Positions 1 to 12,575 of a stretch of 64,000 bases of DNA are shown here, piece after piece. Positions within the stretch are counted from its first letter, which is position 1, and every line of letters begins with the position of its first letter. Made by a program: the position numbers and the translations under genes. The notes under the pieces are model-generated. The model was not told the origin of the DNA and searched no databases. It worked only from the letters and a program-made list of their open reading frames with translations. Source of the stretch: Tubulanus polymorphus (Eukaryota; Animalia; Nemertea); assembly GCF_964204645.1 (NCBI RefSeq), contig NC_134030.1, positions 22,590,210-22,654,209 of the forward strand, in the 5' to 3' direction.

Positions 1-355
1 TTTCGGAAGTTCCGAATTTATGTATAGATGGTATTTGTGTGTGTTTTCTCGGTAGTCTATCATCAAACAGGCCTTTTTCTGAGATAACTGTCACAAAAGA
101 GTGCATACTGAAAACAAATGCAAATTGATTCATCATTTTAGCCCCAGAGCCTAGGCCTATAACCTAGTCTCCATAACACAGTTATCAGTAGGCCTAAATT
201 ATGAAAATGCCATTCTGAGATCAGGTTGTAACTAATAACATGTGATGATATTTACTAAGGAAAATAATTAAGGCTTATTTATAAAAGAAAATGAATTCAT
301 TTTATTATTATTTTTATAATCAACATGATATTTACAATGTTTTTTATTTTTAAGT

Positions 356-3300
356 ATGTCAAAAGTGTATCGGCGTTGGACAGAAGTGCAAATGGGTGAA
401 GCTGTTGAGGCTGTTCAGAATGGGATGTCAATATTATCGGCAGCAAAAAACTTTGGCGTACCAAAATCAACATTACATGACCGAATAAGTGGGAAAATTC
501 CTGCAGGAAGGAAACTAGGTCGACCGACGAATCTGTCTGAGGCAGATGAATCAAAACTTGCGGATTTCGCGAAAAACCGTGCAGACCTCGGTTACGGTTT
601 TTCAAAGGGAAATCTATTGAAATATGCGGGTGATCTCGCCTTAAAAAGGGGGACACCATTTAAACAGGTAGGCCAACGATTTTCACTAAAAGGTTGTTGT
701 TTATCCCTTATAATTAATACTGGTATATATATTTTACTTTTAGATTATCCCGAGTGACCAGTTCTGGGCTGGCTTTAAAACTAGAAACCCCACTGTTGCA
801 CTCCGAAAGCCAGAGGGCACTGCGGCAATCCGACATCAGTGCATGAATGTTAAGAAGGTTGGAATGTTCTTTAGATCGGCCACAAAAGTATTGCTAAATG
901 CTCAACCGATGCATATTTGGAATCTCGATGAAACTGGCGTTCAGTTTTCTCATGTCCCCGGAAAAATTGTTGCACGGTAGGCTTTGAACTAAATTAGCCT
1001 ATCATTTAAATACTTCAACTGTTGGTCTATAAATAGCCCTTATCAAACCCAAGTTATTAAGCCCAGCAATATTCTAATGAGTTGTTGAAGTATTTTTAAT
1101 TTCCGACTATCAGCAATCATCCAGATACAGAAACTCAATACCACAGTCATAAAACAACAGATTTAGGAATGAACGTTATAACGATGAAAATTTTATTTTC
1201 AAAACTCTTATTTACAGAAAAGGGAGCAAGTATGTTCAATCTCGAATCAGCGGCAATCGCGAAACAGTTACGATCATGGCATGTGGAAATGCTGCTGGGC
1301 AGATGCTGGCCCCTAACGTTATTTTTAAGGGCAAGACGGCAGCATCATTACTCTCAGTTGACACAATGAACGCACCGGCAGGTACGACAGTTTCTGTATC
1401 GGAGAGTGGTTGGACGAAACAGGTAATTAGTTGTCAGTCACATTTTGAATCAGGCTCCTGAAGTGAAAAGCATTGTCAAATTTCATGTATTCATGATTTC
1501 AACAGGGAATTGCAACGATTTGGTTTAAGAAAAATTTTTTACCTGCTATTGGAGCGGCTCGTCCACAGATTTTGATATCCGATGGACATAACAGCCACAA
1601 TTTTCTTGAATTGGTCGAGCTGGCAAGAGAAAATGGAGTAACACTGTTAGAATTACCAGAACATACCTCACATTGGTTGCAACCTTTAGATCGGTAAACA
1701 CACTTCTTACAGATTTTATTAAAGAATACATCTTCCAATGAAATTAGACCTCAACTGACTAATTAATGTTTCACTTTCTTTGAAGATCATGCTTTAAGAC
1801 ATTGAAAGCATCATGGAATCGCCTATGTTTGAATTTTCATAACGAAAATCCGGGACGTATAGTGAACAAAAGTTGTTTCTTTGAGATCTTCAGACCAACA
1901 TGGCTCAGTATAACCCCGGAGAACCTTATAAATGGTTTTCGAGCATGTGGTCTTTTTCCATTCAATCCCGAGATCATTCCCAAGGAAGCTTTTTTACCAT
2001 CAAGCACAAGAGTTGCTGATGTGGTGAGTTACTGAATAATAAGTAACCCGTATTGCCCTTAATTGAGGTTAACTGTACCTACATGTTTTTTTTTATAATG
2101 GGTTATAGGTATCAGATCCTACAATTGAAACGATGCAAGATCCATTTTCAGGATTATCGAAGGTATTTTTCTCGTAAAACTTGCACAAAAATCTAAAATA
2201 TATCTAAGAGAACCTAGTTCCATATATATTATCAAATGTAAAGATGAAAAAAAAAAATTTTCTTCACATTACTTTTTACTTAGGAATCTGCATCTAATGT
2301 ATTGACAACAGTTGAAAAACCATTTCGTGAGGTGTGAATAGTGATTTAATTTCACTTCAACTTTTTTATGATTAATTTAATTTGTTTAGATTGTTTTTGG
2401 ACTAATGACCTGTTCGAGTGTTTGTTGCATTGTGTGTTACAGTTTCTAACCTTTTTCATGATCATTGATTTTTTCAGTCTCTCAAGTCCAAGCACAATAT
2501 ATCCTTTTCAAAATGATAATTGCAGATTTTATTGATGATTTCAAATGGATGAGATATTTTAATTTGTGAATTGTTTTATAATCTTCTCAATCAGTGGTTG
2601 ACCATATTATTTTGTAGACACTGCCTATAACTATCGATGGTCATTCCATTGCCTTAAAGGCAATGGAATCAGCCATTTCCTCGGAAATGAAGAAAAAATT
2701 TGAAGAACGATACACCGAAGGCTGTGACTTGACTAATGATGCACTGTATTCAGCATGGAAAATTTTGAAAACTAAATCATCAGCTGAAGTTATCGATAGC
2801 TTCCCGATCGAAAATAACTCATCCCCAGGTAAGAGTTAAGATCATTTTTAAAATAATGATAATACTTATTCGCCATGTAAATATGCAGTATAAATAATAT
2901 ATAATTACAAACAAATTGCATATACTTACTGATTAATTTTGATGTACTTAGCTGATCCCGACAATGATGTGCTGGATTATCCCGTACTGATGCCAACTGA
3001 AAAGAAAAGAAAACGCGATGATAAGCGTTATTTCATTCTAACTGCGGATGATGCATATGCAAATGCGGTTTCAAAACAGAAGTTGAAAGAACAAAAAGAA
3101 AAGGAAAAACTAGAAAGAAGGAAAAAGAAATGTTTGACAACGGTAAGTTTAAGAACAGTTCTACGATTCATATCAAACGGTGAAAAACACACATCATAAA
3201 GAAATTAATTCAATAATTAATAAAAACTCTTGCAGGCTTCAACAAGACCACAAAATGGAACTTGCTCCATTAATCCTGTAAGTTGAAAAAGATCTCTTGA

Positions 3301-4093
3301 AATGAGCAAATTTAATGAAAATAATATTCATACTTTGTATTCCTTTATTGTTCAGGCTCCATCAAGACCAGACAAGGAAAAATTAGCCGTAGTTCATGTG
3401 AGTAAAAAAATATGTTATATGTGTTCACTTTCGTCAGTTTATTTGTAATATGAGTAACTGAGGTACCCGGTAACCGGTAGGCTAAAATTATATATAAGTT
3501 TATTGAACAAAAATTAAACCGTTTAATTAAAATTTCATATTGAGAATGGCTATAATGTGTAATTCTGAATTTCAGGATCCTGTGCCTGAGACAAGTGGTG
3601 TCAACATGGTTTACGAAATCAACATAAGGTAAATAACTTGCTGCGCTTCTAAATATAAAATATAAATATCTAGTCACTAGTGATGAATAATTTATTTGTA
3701 CCGGGGTACTTACTTTGTAGTGAAGGTTCATATATTGCCCTTTATCAGGAAGGTGAGAAGCGCAGGAAGCACTTATACTTTGGAGTGGTATGTATTAATC
3801 GGCTGAATTATTTTATCTGAAAGGAAAAATACAATTCTCCTGTGATTGTTATGTTTAACTGCTTGCAGATTCTAGAGATATTGGACTTCGGAGAAGTAAT
3901 ATCCGTTCAGTTTCTTGAACAACACTGCAAGAAAAATTTATTCGTTTGGCCCGATGTGGATATTATCGAAGAGCATCCCGTTGAGAATGTACTGAACAAC
4001 TTGAAACCGCCTGAGGTGGTAAATACGAGGATGCAGATGGCATTTCAAGTTGATGAATTTTCAAAGACTTGCGATTTGTTCGCTTGCATGTAA
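356..4093 (+). CDS. pogo/Tigger-like transposase (HTH_psq + CENP-B-type HTH + DDE_1, DD35D), 14 exons, ~702 aa
   Basis: Manual GT-AG model: 356-667, 744-976, 1218-1422, 1506-1693, 1786-2023, 2109-2162, 2284-2331, 2618-2828, 2952-3142, 3236-3277, 3356-3397, 3576-3628, 3721-3787, 3869-4093 (2109 nt, phases consistent, no internal stop). Motifs: [15 protein letters not shown] (psq HTH), [31 protein letters not shown] (35 residues between D2 and D3), [18 protein letters not shown] at 4422. The N-terminal five exons are well supported; the micro-exons less so. Confidence 0.88.
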
Positions 4094-4149
4094 TAGGCTT
4101 ACTACGTTTTGTTACGTAGAGAGGCCTTAAAGTTGTATTGCTATTGTAT

Positions 4150-4365
4150 TGTATATACGTGTGTGCGTGTGCGTGTATCTATGTATGTGTGTATGTATTT
4201 ATGTATGTGTGTATGTATTTATGTATGCGTGTATGTAGTTACCAAGTATTTATGTATATATTTATGTATGTGTGTATGTATGTATGTATTTACCAAGTAT
4301 TTATGTATGTGTGTATGTATTTATGTATGTATGTATGTGTATATATGTAGGCCTATGTATGTTTG
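4150..4365. repeat. degenerate (TATG)n/(TG)n microsatellite in the transposase 3' UTR region
   Basis: Direct reading: tatgtatgtgtgtatgtattt repeated; it generates the spurious ORFs 4109-4396 and 4138-4350. Confidence 0.95.
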
Positions 4366-5754
4366 TTTTTTGTTACTCTTTTTGTTACTCATCTAGTCTT
4401 AAAAATGTTTATAAATAGTGCAATAAAAATTTATTACTTTCTGTTACGCCTTTTAGGCCTACATTACATGTTAGTTAATCAGTTTATTACATGTACCTTC
4501 TCGACGGTTGCTGCATTTCTAACGGTCTTCCTTTTATCTTGGTGAATTGGGATTACCATATCCACCATCTAGTAGGCTGTAGAAATTCATACAATTGCTG
4601 GAAATTCCACTCGGATAAAAAAAATATTTATGGGATTCGAACCCAAATGGTGTCTTGTCCCTAGATGTTTCTGATCTAACCAGCTGTTACTAAATGCTGC
4701 CACCCCTGTAGAAGCAATTAGTATAACCCAAATACGTTCTAGCCTAGTTTCATAGAACGCATACACAAAAATAACGAATATATGCATTTCCGAATTTATG
4801 TTGACTATTTCCGAAATTACGTAACCCGGGCTTCCGAAATTATGTTGTCTCTATAAATGTCTCATACTGGTAAGTTATTTTAATGGATATATTTCAAATC
4901 GATTCTGGAGTAATATTTGGAAGCAGAAATATCAGGCTGTAAAAATATCCACCTTCCAACGGCATTTGTTCATGTCGAAAATCATCCGTCAAAACAGCGC
5001 ATCCGAAAATACCTTCCGAAATTACGTGGAGTTACCCTACTTCAAATACATCGTAAACTGTGTAGCTTTGATTTCTGATTCAGACCCCTCATCCTGGCCT
5101 TTCATCATTTTCGTCATCCACTATCAAAAATAGATATAGCCGCAAATTTCGTCTTGTTAATCAATGATAATGTACTATTTAATTTCAGCTCATTACTTGG
5201 GGCAATAGTGGTATATCAGGGGTTGATTTTTACTAATTCAAAAATGCAGGTGTTTGATTCTCAGAAAAAAAGCCTGGCATGAGGAGGGGCTAGTGGTATT
5301 TTGGTGTTAATATCTTACTGGCTCTAAGGCAAAAACCCAGACATTCCGTTCTCAAAAATCCTGGCTTATCGTGTGGGGAAGAGGTACATGGTTTGGCTGT
5401 ATATGTACCCAGACACGAATGGAGCTGGCATAAATCTGTGGTACAATAACAGTTAATACTAGGCATAGGGATAGGGATGGTTATGAGATAATTAAAGCTA
5501 GCTTTCTCAAACCACAGTGGTCAGGCTCTGTCTGACAAACATTTTGACCTGATATATAATATGCTCTATTCATCTTGTCATTTCGCTAGCCAGAAGTCAA
5601 ACTCCGATGGTGGGAAGTCTGGTGATACCAACATCAATAATCCGACTCCGGGACTGAGTCCGATGGCACCATTGGACGTTCCAACAACATCATTCCCTAG
5701 TCAACACGCGAGACAAACAACTTGGAGGATGGAGACATCAACATATACCCGAGA

Positions 5755-8700
5755 AAAACCTTGTAAGCTTTCGGACTAATTCGATTTCGAAAAAAAATTA
5801 TGTAAGATTGACCGCCGATCACACAACTCTATCTGTATATCTATATATATTTAAAAAAAAACTAAAAATATGTAAAACTTAGACAAAATTCTACCTTGTA
5901 AACTTTCGGACTACTTCGATTTTGAAAGAAAAATTATGTAAGATTGAACACCAATCACACAACTATATCTGCACTTCGATTTATAAAAGGAACTAAAAAT
6001 ATGTAAAACTTAGACAAAATTCTACCTTGTAAACTTTCGGACTACTTCGATTTTGAAAAAAAAATTATGTAAGATTGACTGCTATATCTGCACTAAGATA
6101 AAAAAAAACTGTAAAAATATGTAAAACTTAGACAAAATTCTACCTTGTAAACTTTCGGACTACTTCGATTTTGAAAAAACAATTATGTAAGATTGACTGC
6201 TATATCTGCACTTTGATCTTAAAAAAACTTTAAAAATATGTAAAACTTAGACAAAATTCTACCTTGTAAACTTTCGGACTACTTCGATTTCGAAAAAAAA
6301 AATATGTAAGATTGACTGCTATATCTGCACTTCGATTTAAGAAAAAAAAAAACTAAAAAGTTGTAAAACTTAGACAAAATTCTACCTTGTAAATATTCGG
6401 ACTACTTCGATTTTGAAAAACAATTATGTAAGATTGACTGCTATATCTGCACTAAGATAAAAAAAAAACTGTAAAAATATGTAAAACTTAAAATTCTACC
6501 TTGTAAACTTTCGGACTACTCCGATTTTGAAAAAAAAATTATGTAAGATTGAACACCAATCACACAACTATATCTGCACTTCGATTTATAAAAGGAACTA
6601 AAAATATGTAAAACTTAGACAAAATTCTACCTTGTAAACTTTCGGACTACTTCAATTTTGAAAAAAAAATTATGTAAGATTGACTGCTATATCTGCACTA
6701 AGATAAAAAAAAACTGTAAAAATATGTAAAACTTAGACAAAATTCTACCTTGTAAACTTTCGGACTACTTCGATTTTGAAAAAACAATTATGTAAGATTG
6801 ACTGCTATATCTGCACTTCGATTTAAGAAAAAAAAAAACTAAAAAGTTGTAAAACTTAGACAAAATTCTACCTTGTAAACTTTCGGACTACTTCGATTTC
6901 GAAAAAAAAAATATGTAAGATTGACTGCTATATCTGCACTAAGATAAAAAAAAAACTGTAAAAATATGTAAAACTTAAAATTCTACCTTGTAAACTTTCG
7001 GACTACTCCGATTTTGAAAAAAAAATTATGTAAGATTGAACACCAATCACACAACTATATCTGCACTTCGATTTATAAAAGGAACTAAAAATATGTAAAA
7101 CTTAGACAAAATTCTACCTTGTAAACTTTCGGACTACTTCAATTTTGAAAAAAAAATTATGTAAGATTGACTGCTATATCTGCACCAAGATAAAAAAAAA
7201 CTGTAAAAATATGTAAAACTTAGACAAAATTCTACCTTGTAAACTTTCGGACTACTTCAATTTTGAAAAAAAATTATGTAAGATTGACTGCTATATCTGC
7301 ACTAAGATAAAAAAAACTGTAAAAATATGTAAAACTTAGACAAAATTCTACCTTGTAAACTTTCGGACTACTTCAATTTTGAAAAAAAAAATTATGTAAG
7401 ATTGACTGCTATATCTGCACTAAGATAAAAAAAACTGTAAAAATATGTAAAACTTAGACAAAATTCTACCTTGTAAACTTTCGGACTACTTCGATTTCGA
7501 AAAAAAATTATGTTAGATTGACTGCTATATCTGCACTAAGATAAAAGAAAAACTGTAAAAATATGTAAAACTTAGACAAAATTCTACCTTGTAAACTTTC
7601 GGACTACTTCAATTTTGAAAAAAAATTATGTAAGATTGACTGCTATATCTGCACTAAGATAAAAAAAAAAACTGTAAAAATATGTAAAACTTAGACAAAA
7701 TTCTACCTTATAAACTTTCGGACTACTTCGATTTCGAAAAAAAATTATGTAAGATTGACTGCTATATCTGCACTAAGATAAAAAAAAACTGTAAAAATAT
7801 GTAAAACTTAGACAAAATTCTACCTTGTAAACTTTCGGACTACTTCAATTTTGAAAAAAAAAATTATGTAAGATTGACTGCTATATCTGCACTTCGATTT
7901 AGAAAAAAAAAACTGTAAAAATATGTAAAACTGAGACAAAATTCTACCTTGTAAACTTTCGGACTACTTCAATTTTGAAAAACAATTATGTAAGATTGAC
8001 TGCTATATCTGCACTAAGATAAAAGAAAAACTGTAAAAATATGTAAAACTTAGACAAAATTCTACCTTGTAAACTTTCGGACTACTTCAATTTTGAAAAA
8101 AAATTATGTAAGATTGACTGCTATATCTGCACTAAGATAAAAAAAAAACTGTAAAAATATGTAAAACTTAGACAAAATTCTACCTTGTAAACTTTCGGAC
8201 TACTTCGATTTCGAAAAAAAATTATGTAAGATTGACTGCTATATCTGCACTAAGATAAAAAAAAAACTGTAAAAATATGTAAAACTTTGACAAAATTCTA
8301 CCTTGTAAATTTTCGGACTACAATTTTGAAAAAAAATTATGTAAGATTGACTGCTATATCTGCACTAAGATAAAAAAATAACTGTAAAAATATGTAAAAC
8401 TTAGACAAAATTCTACCTTGTAAATTTTCGGACTACAATTTTGAAAAACAATTATGTAAGATTGACTGCTATATCTGCACTAAGATAAAAAAAAATCTGT
8501 AAAAATATGTAAAACTTAGACAAAATTCTACCTTGTAAACTTTCGGACTACTTCGATTTTGAAAAAAAAATATGTAAGATTGACTGCTATATCTGCACTT
8601 CGATTTAGAAAAAAAAACTGTAAAAATATGTAAAACTTAGACAAAATTCTATTTTGTAAACTTTCGGACTACTTCAATTTTGAAAAAAAATTATGTAAGA

Positions 8701-11700
8701 TTGACTGCTATATCTGCACTAAGATAAAAAAAACTGTAAAAATATGTAAAACTTAGACAAAATTCTACCTTGTAAACTTTCGGACTACTTCGATTTTGGA
8801 AAAAAAATTATGTAAGATTGTCTGCTATATCTGCACTAAGATTTAAAAAAACTGTAAAAATATGTAAAACTTAGACAAAATTCTACCTTGTAAACTTTCG
8901 GACTACTTCGATTTTGAAAAACAATTATGTAAGATTGACTGCTATATCTGCACTTCGATTTCAATATAAACTAAAAATATGTAAAACTTAGACAAAATTC
9001 TACCTTGTAAACTTTCGGACTACTTCAATTTTGAAAAAAAATTATGTAAGATTGACTGCTATATCTGCACTAAGATAAAAAAAACTGTAAAAATATGTAA
9101 AACTTAGACAAAATTCTACCTTGTAAACTTTCGGACTACTTCGATTTTGAAAGAAAAATTATGTAAGATTGACTGCTATATCTGCACTAAGATTAAAAAA
9201 AACTGTAAAAATATGTAAAACTTAGACAAAATTCTACCTTGTAAACTTTCGGACTACTTCAATTTTGAAAAAAAATTATGTAAGATTGACTGCTATATCT
9301 GCACTAAGATAAAAAAAACTGTAAAAATATGTAAAACTTAGACAAAATTCTACCTTGTAAACTTTCGGACTACTTCGATTTTGAAAAAAAAATTATGTAA
9401 GATTGACTGCTATATCTGCACTTCGATTTAAGAAAAAAAAACTAAAAATTTGTAAAACTTAGACAAAATTCTACCTTGTAAACTTTCGGACTACTTCAAT
9501 TTTGAAAAAAAATTATGTAAGATTGACTGCTATATCTGCACTAAGATAAAAAAAAAAACTGTAAAAATATGTAAAACTTAGACAAAATTCTACCTTGTAA
9601 ACTTTCGGACTACTTCAATTTTGAAAAAAAATTATGTAAGATTGACTGCTATATCTGCACTAAGATAAAAAAAAACTGTAAAAATATGTAAAACTTAGAC
9701 AAAATTCTACCTTGTAAACTTTCGGACTACTTCAATTTTGAAAAAAAATTATGTAAGATTGACTGCTATATCTGCACTAAGATAAAAAAAAACTGTAAAA
9801 ATATGTAAAACTTAGACAAAATTCTACCTTGTAAACTTTCGGACTACTTCGATTTTGAAAGAAAAATTATGTAAGATTGACTGCTATATCTGCACTAAGA
9901 TAAAAAAAAACTGTAAAAATATGTAAAACTTAAAATTCTACCTTGTAAACTTTCGGACTACTTCGATTTTGAAAAAAAACACTTCGATTTAAATATAAAC
10001 TAAAAATATGTAAAACTTAGACAAAATTCTACCTTGTAAACTTTCGGACTACTTCGATTTTGAAAGAAAAATTATGTAAGATTGACTGCTATATCTGCAC
10101 TAAGATAAAAAAAAACTGTAAAAATATGTAAAACTTAGACAAAATTCTACCTTGTAAACTTTCGGACTACTTCAATTTTGAAAAAAAATTATGTAAGATT
10201 GACTGCTATATCTGCACTTTGATCTTAAAAAAACTTTAAAAATATGTAAAACTTAGACAAAATTCTACCTTGTAAACTATCGGACTACTTCAATTTTGAA
10301 AAAAAAATTATGTAAGATTGACTGCTATATCTGCACTTTGATCTTAAAAAAACTTTAAAAATATGTAAAACTTAGACAAAATTCTACCTTGTAAACTTTC
10401 GGACTACTTCAATTTTGAAAAAAAATTATGTAAGATTGACTGCTATATCTGCACTAAGATAAAAAAAAATCTGTAAAAATATGTAAAACTTAGACAAAAT
10501 TCTACCTTGTAAACTTTCGGACTACTTCGATTTTGAAAAAAAATTATGTAAGATTGACTGCTATATCTGCACTAAGATAAAAAAAAAAACTGTAAAAATA
10601 TGTAAAACTTAGACAAAATTCTACCTTGTAAACTTTCGGACTACTTCAATTTTGAAAAAAAATTATGTAAGATTGACTGCTATATCTGCACTAAGATAAA
10701 AAAAAAAACTGTAAAAATATGTAAAACTTAGACAAAATTCTACCTTGTAAACTTTCGGACTACTTCAATTTTGAAAAAAAATTATGTAAGATTGACTGCT
10801 ATATCTGCACTAAGATAAAAAAAAACTGTAAAAATATGTAAAACTTAGACAAAATTCTACCTTGTAAACTTTCGGACTACTTCAATTTTGAAAAAAAATT
10901 ATGTAAGATTGACTGCTATATCTGCACTTTGATCTTAAAAAAACTTTAAAAATATGTAAAACTTAGACAAAATTCTACCTTGTAAACTATCGGACTACTT
11001 CAATTTTGAAAAAAAAATTATGTAAGATTGACTGCTATATCTGCACTTTGATCTTAAAAAAACTTTAAAAATATGTAAAACTTAGACAAAATTCTACCTT
11101 GTAAACTTTCGGACTACTTCAATTTTGAAAAAAAATTATGTAAGATTGACTGCTATATCTGCACTAAGATAAAAAAAAAACTGTAAAAATATGTAAAACT
11201 TAGACAAAATTCTACCTTGTAAACTTTCGGACTACTTCGATTTTGAAAAAAAATTATGTAAGATTGACTGCTATATCTGCACTAAGATAAAAAAAAAAAC
11301 TGTAAAAATATGTAAAACTTAGACAAAATTCTACCTTGTAAACTTTCGGACTACTTCAATTTTGAAAAAAAATTATGTAAGATTGACTGCTATATCTGCA
11401 CTAAGATAAAAAAAAAACTGTAAAAATATGTAAAACTTAGACAAAATTCTACCTTGTAAACTTTCGGACTACTTCAATTTTGAAAAAAAATTATGTAAGA
11501 TTGACTGCTATATCTGCACTAAGATAAAAAAAAACTGTAAAAATATGTAAAACTTAGACAAAATTCTACCTTGTAAACTTTCGGACTACTTCAATTTTGA
11601 AAAAAAATTATGTAAGATTGACTGCTATATCTGCACTAAGATAAAAAAAAACTGTAAAAATATGTAAAACTTAGACAAAATTCTACCTTGTAAACTTTCG

Positions 11701-12575
11701 GACTACAATTTTGAAAAAAAATTATGTAAGATTGACTGCTATATCTGCACTAAGATAAAAAAAAATCTGTAAAAATATGTAAAACTTAGACAAAATTCTA
11801 CCTTGTAAACTTTCGGACTACTTCAATTTTGAAAAAAAATTATGTAAGATTGACTGCTATATCTGCACTAAGATAAAAAAAAACTGTAAAAATATGTAAA
11901 ACTTAGACAAAATTCTACCTTGTAAACTTTCGGACTACAATTTTGAAAAAAAATTATGTAAGATTGACTGCTATATCTGCACTAAGATAAAAAAAAATCT
12001 GTAAAAATATGTAAAACTTAGACAAAATTCTACCTTGTAAACTTTCGGACTACTTCGATTTCGAAAAAAAATTATGTAAGATTGACTGCTATATCTGCAC
12101 TAAGATAAAAAAAAAACTGTAAAAATATGTAAAACTTAGACAAAATTCTACCTTGTAAATTTTCGGACTACAATTTTGAAAAAAAATTATGTAAGATTGA
12201 CTGCTATATCTGCACTAAGATAAAAAAAAATCTGTAAAAATATGTAAAACTTAGACAAAATTCTACCTTGTAAACTTTCGGACTACTTCGATTTTGAAAA
12301 AAAAATTATGTAAGATTGACTGCTATATCTGCACTAAGATAAAAAAAAAACTGTAAAAATATGTAAAACTTAGACAAAATTCTACCTTGTAAATTTTCGG
12401 ACTACAATTTTGAAAAAAAATTATGTAAGATTGACTGCTATATCTGCACTAAGATAAAAAAAAATCTGTAAAAATATGTAAAACTTAGACAAAATTCCAC
12501 CTTGTAAACTTTCGGACTACTTCGATTTTGAAAAAAAAATTATGTAAGATTGACCGCTGATCACAACTATATCTG
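5755..12575. repeat. AT-rich satellite array, ~119-bp unit, roughly 57 copies
   Basis: Unit AAAATTCTACCTTGTAAACTTTCGGACTACTTC(A/G)ATTTTG(A)nTTATGTAAGATTGACTGCTATATCTGCACTAAGAT(A)nCTGTAAAAATATGTAAAACTTAGAC repeated head-to-tail. Copy number is estimated from span divided by unit length. Confidence 0.97.

Larger units (their letters stand above)
1..5037 (+). mobile_element. pogo-family (Tc1/mariner superfamily) DNA transposon, ~5.05 kb, left TIR truncated by window start
   Basis: The right end CTTCCGAAATTACGTGGAGTTACCC (5013-5037) is followed by TA. Its reverse complement ends in TTTCGGAAG, which equals window bases 1-9. Sub-terminal TTCCGAA(A/T)TTA(C/T)GT motifs recur at ~10, 4788, 4809, 4832 and 5014. 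A DDE_1 transposase gene lies inside. Confidence 0.85.

Noticed and set aside
4109-4396. Hydrophobic Cys/Tyr/Val/Met-rich ORFs
   Set aside because: Artefact of the TATG/TG microsatellite.
5755-12575. CRISPR-like regular array
   Set aside because: Units are contiguous and near-identical with no unique spacers, there are no cas genes, and the context is eukaryotic.
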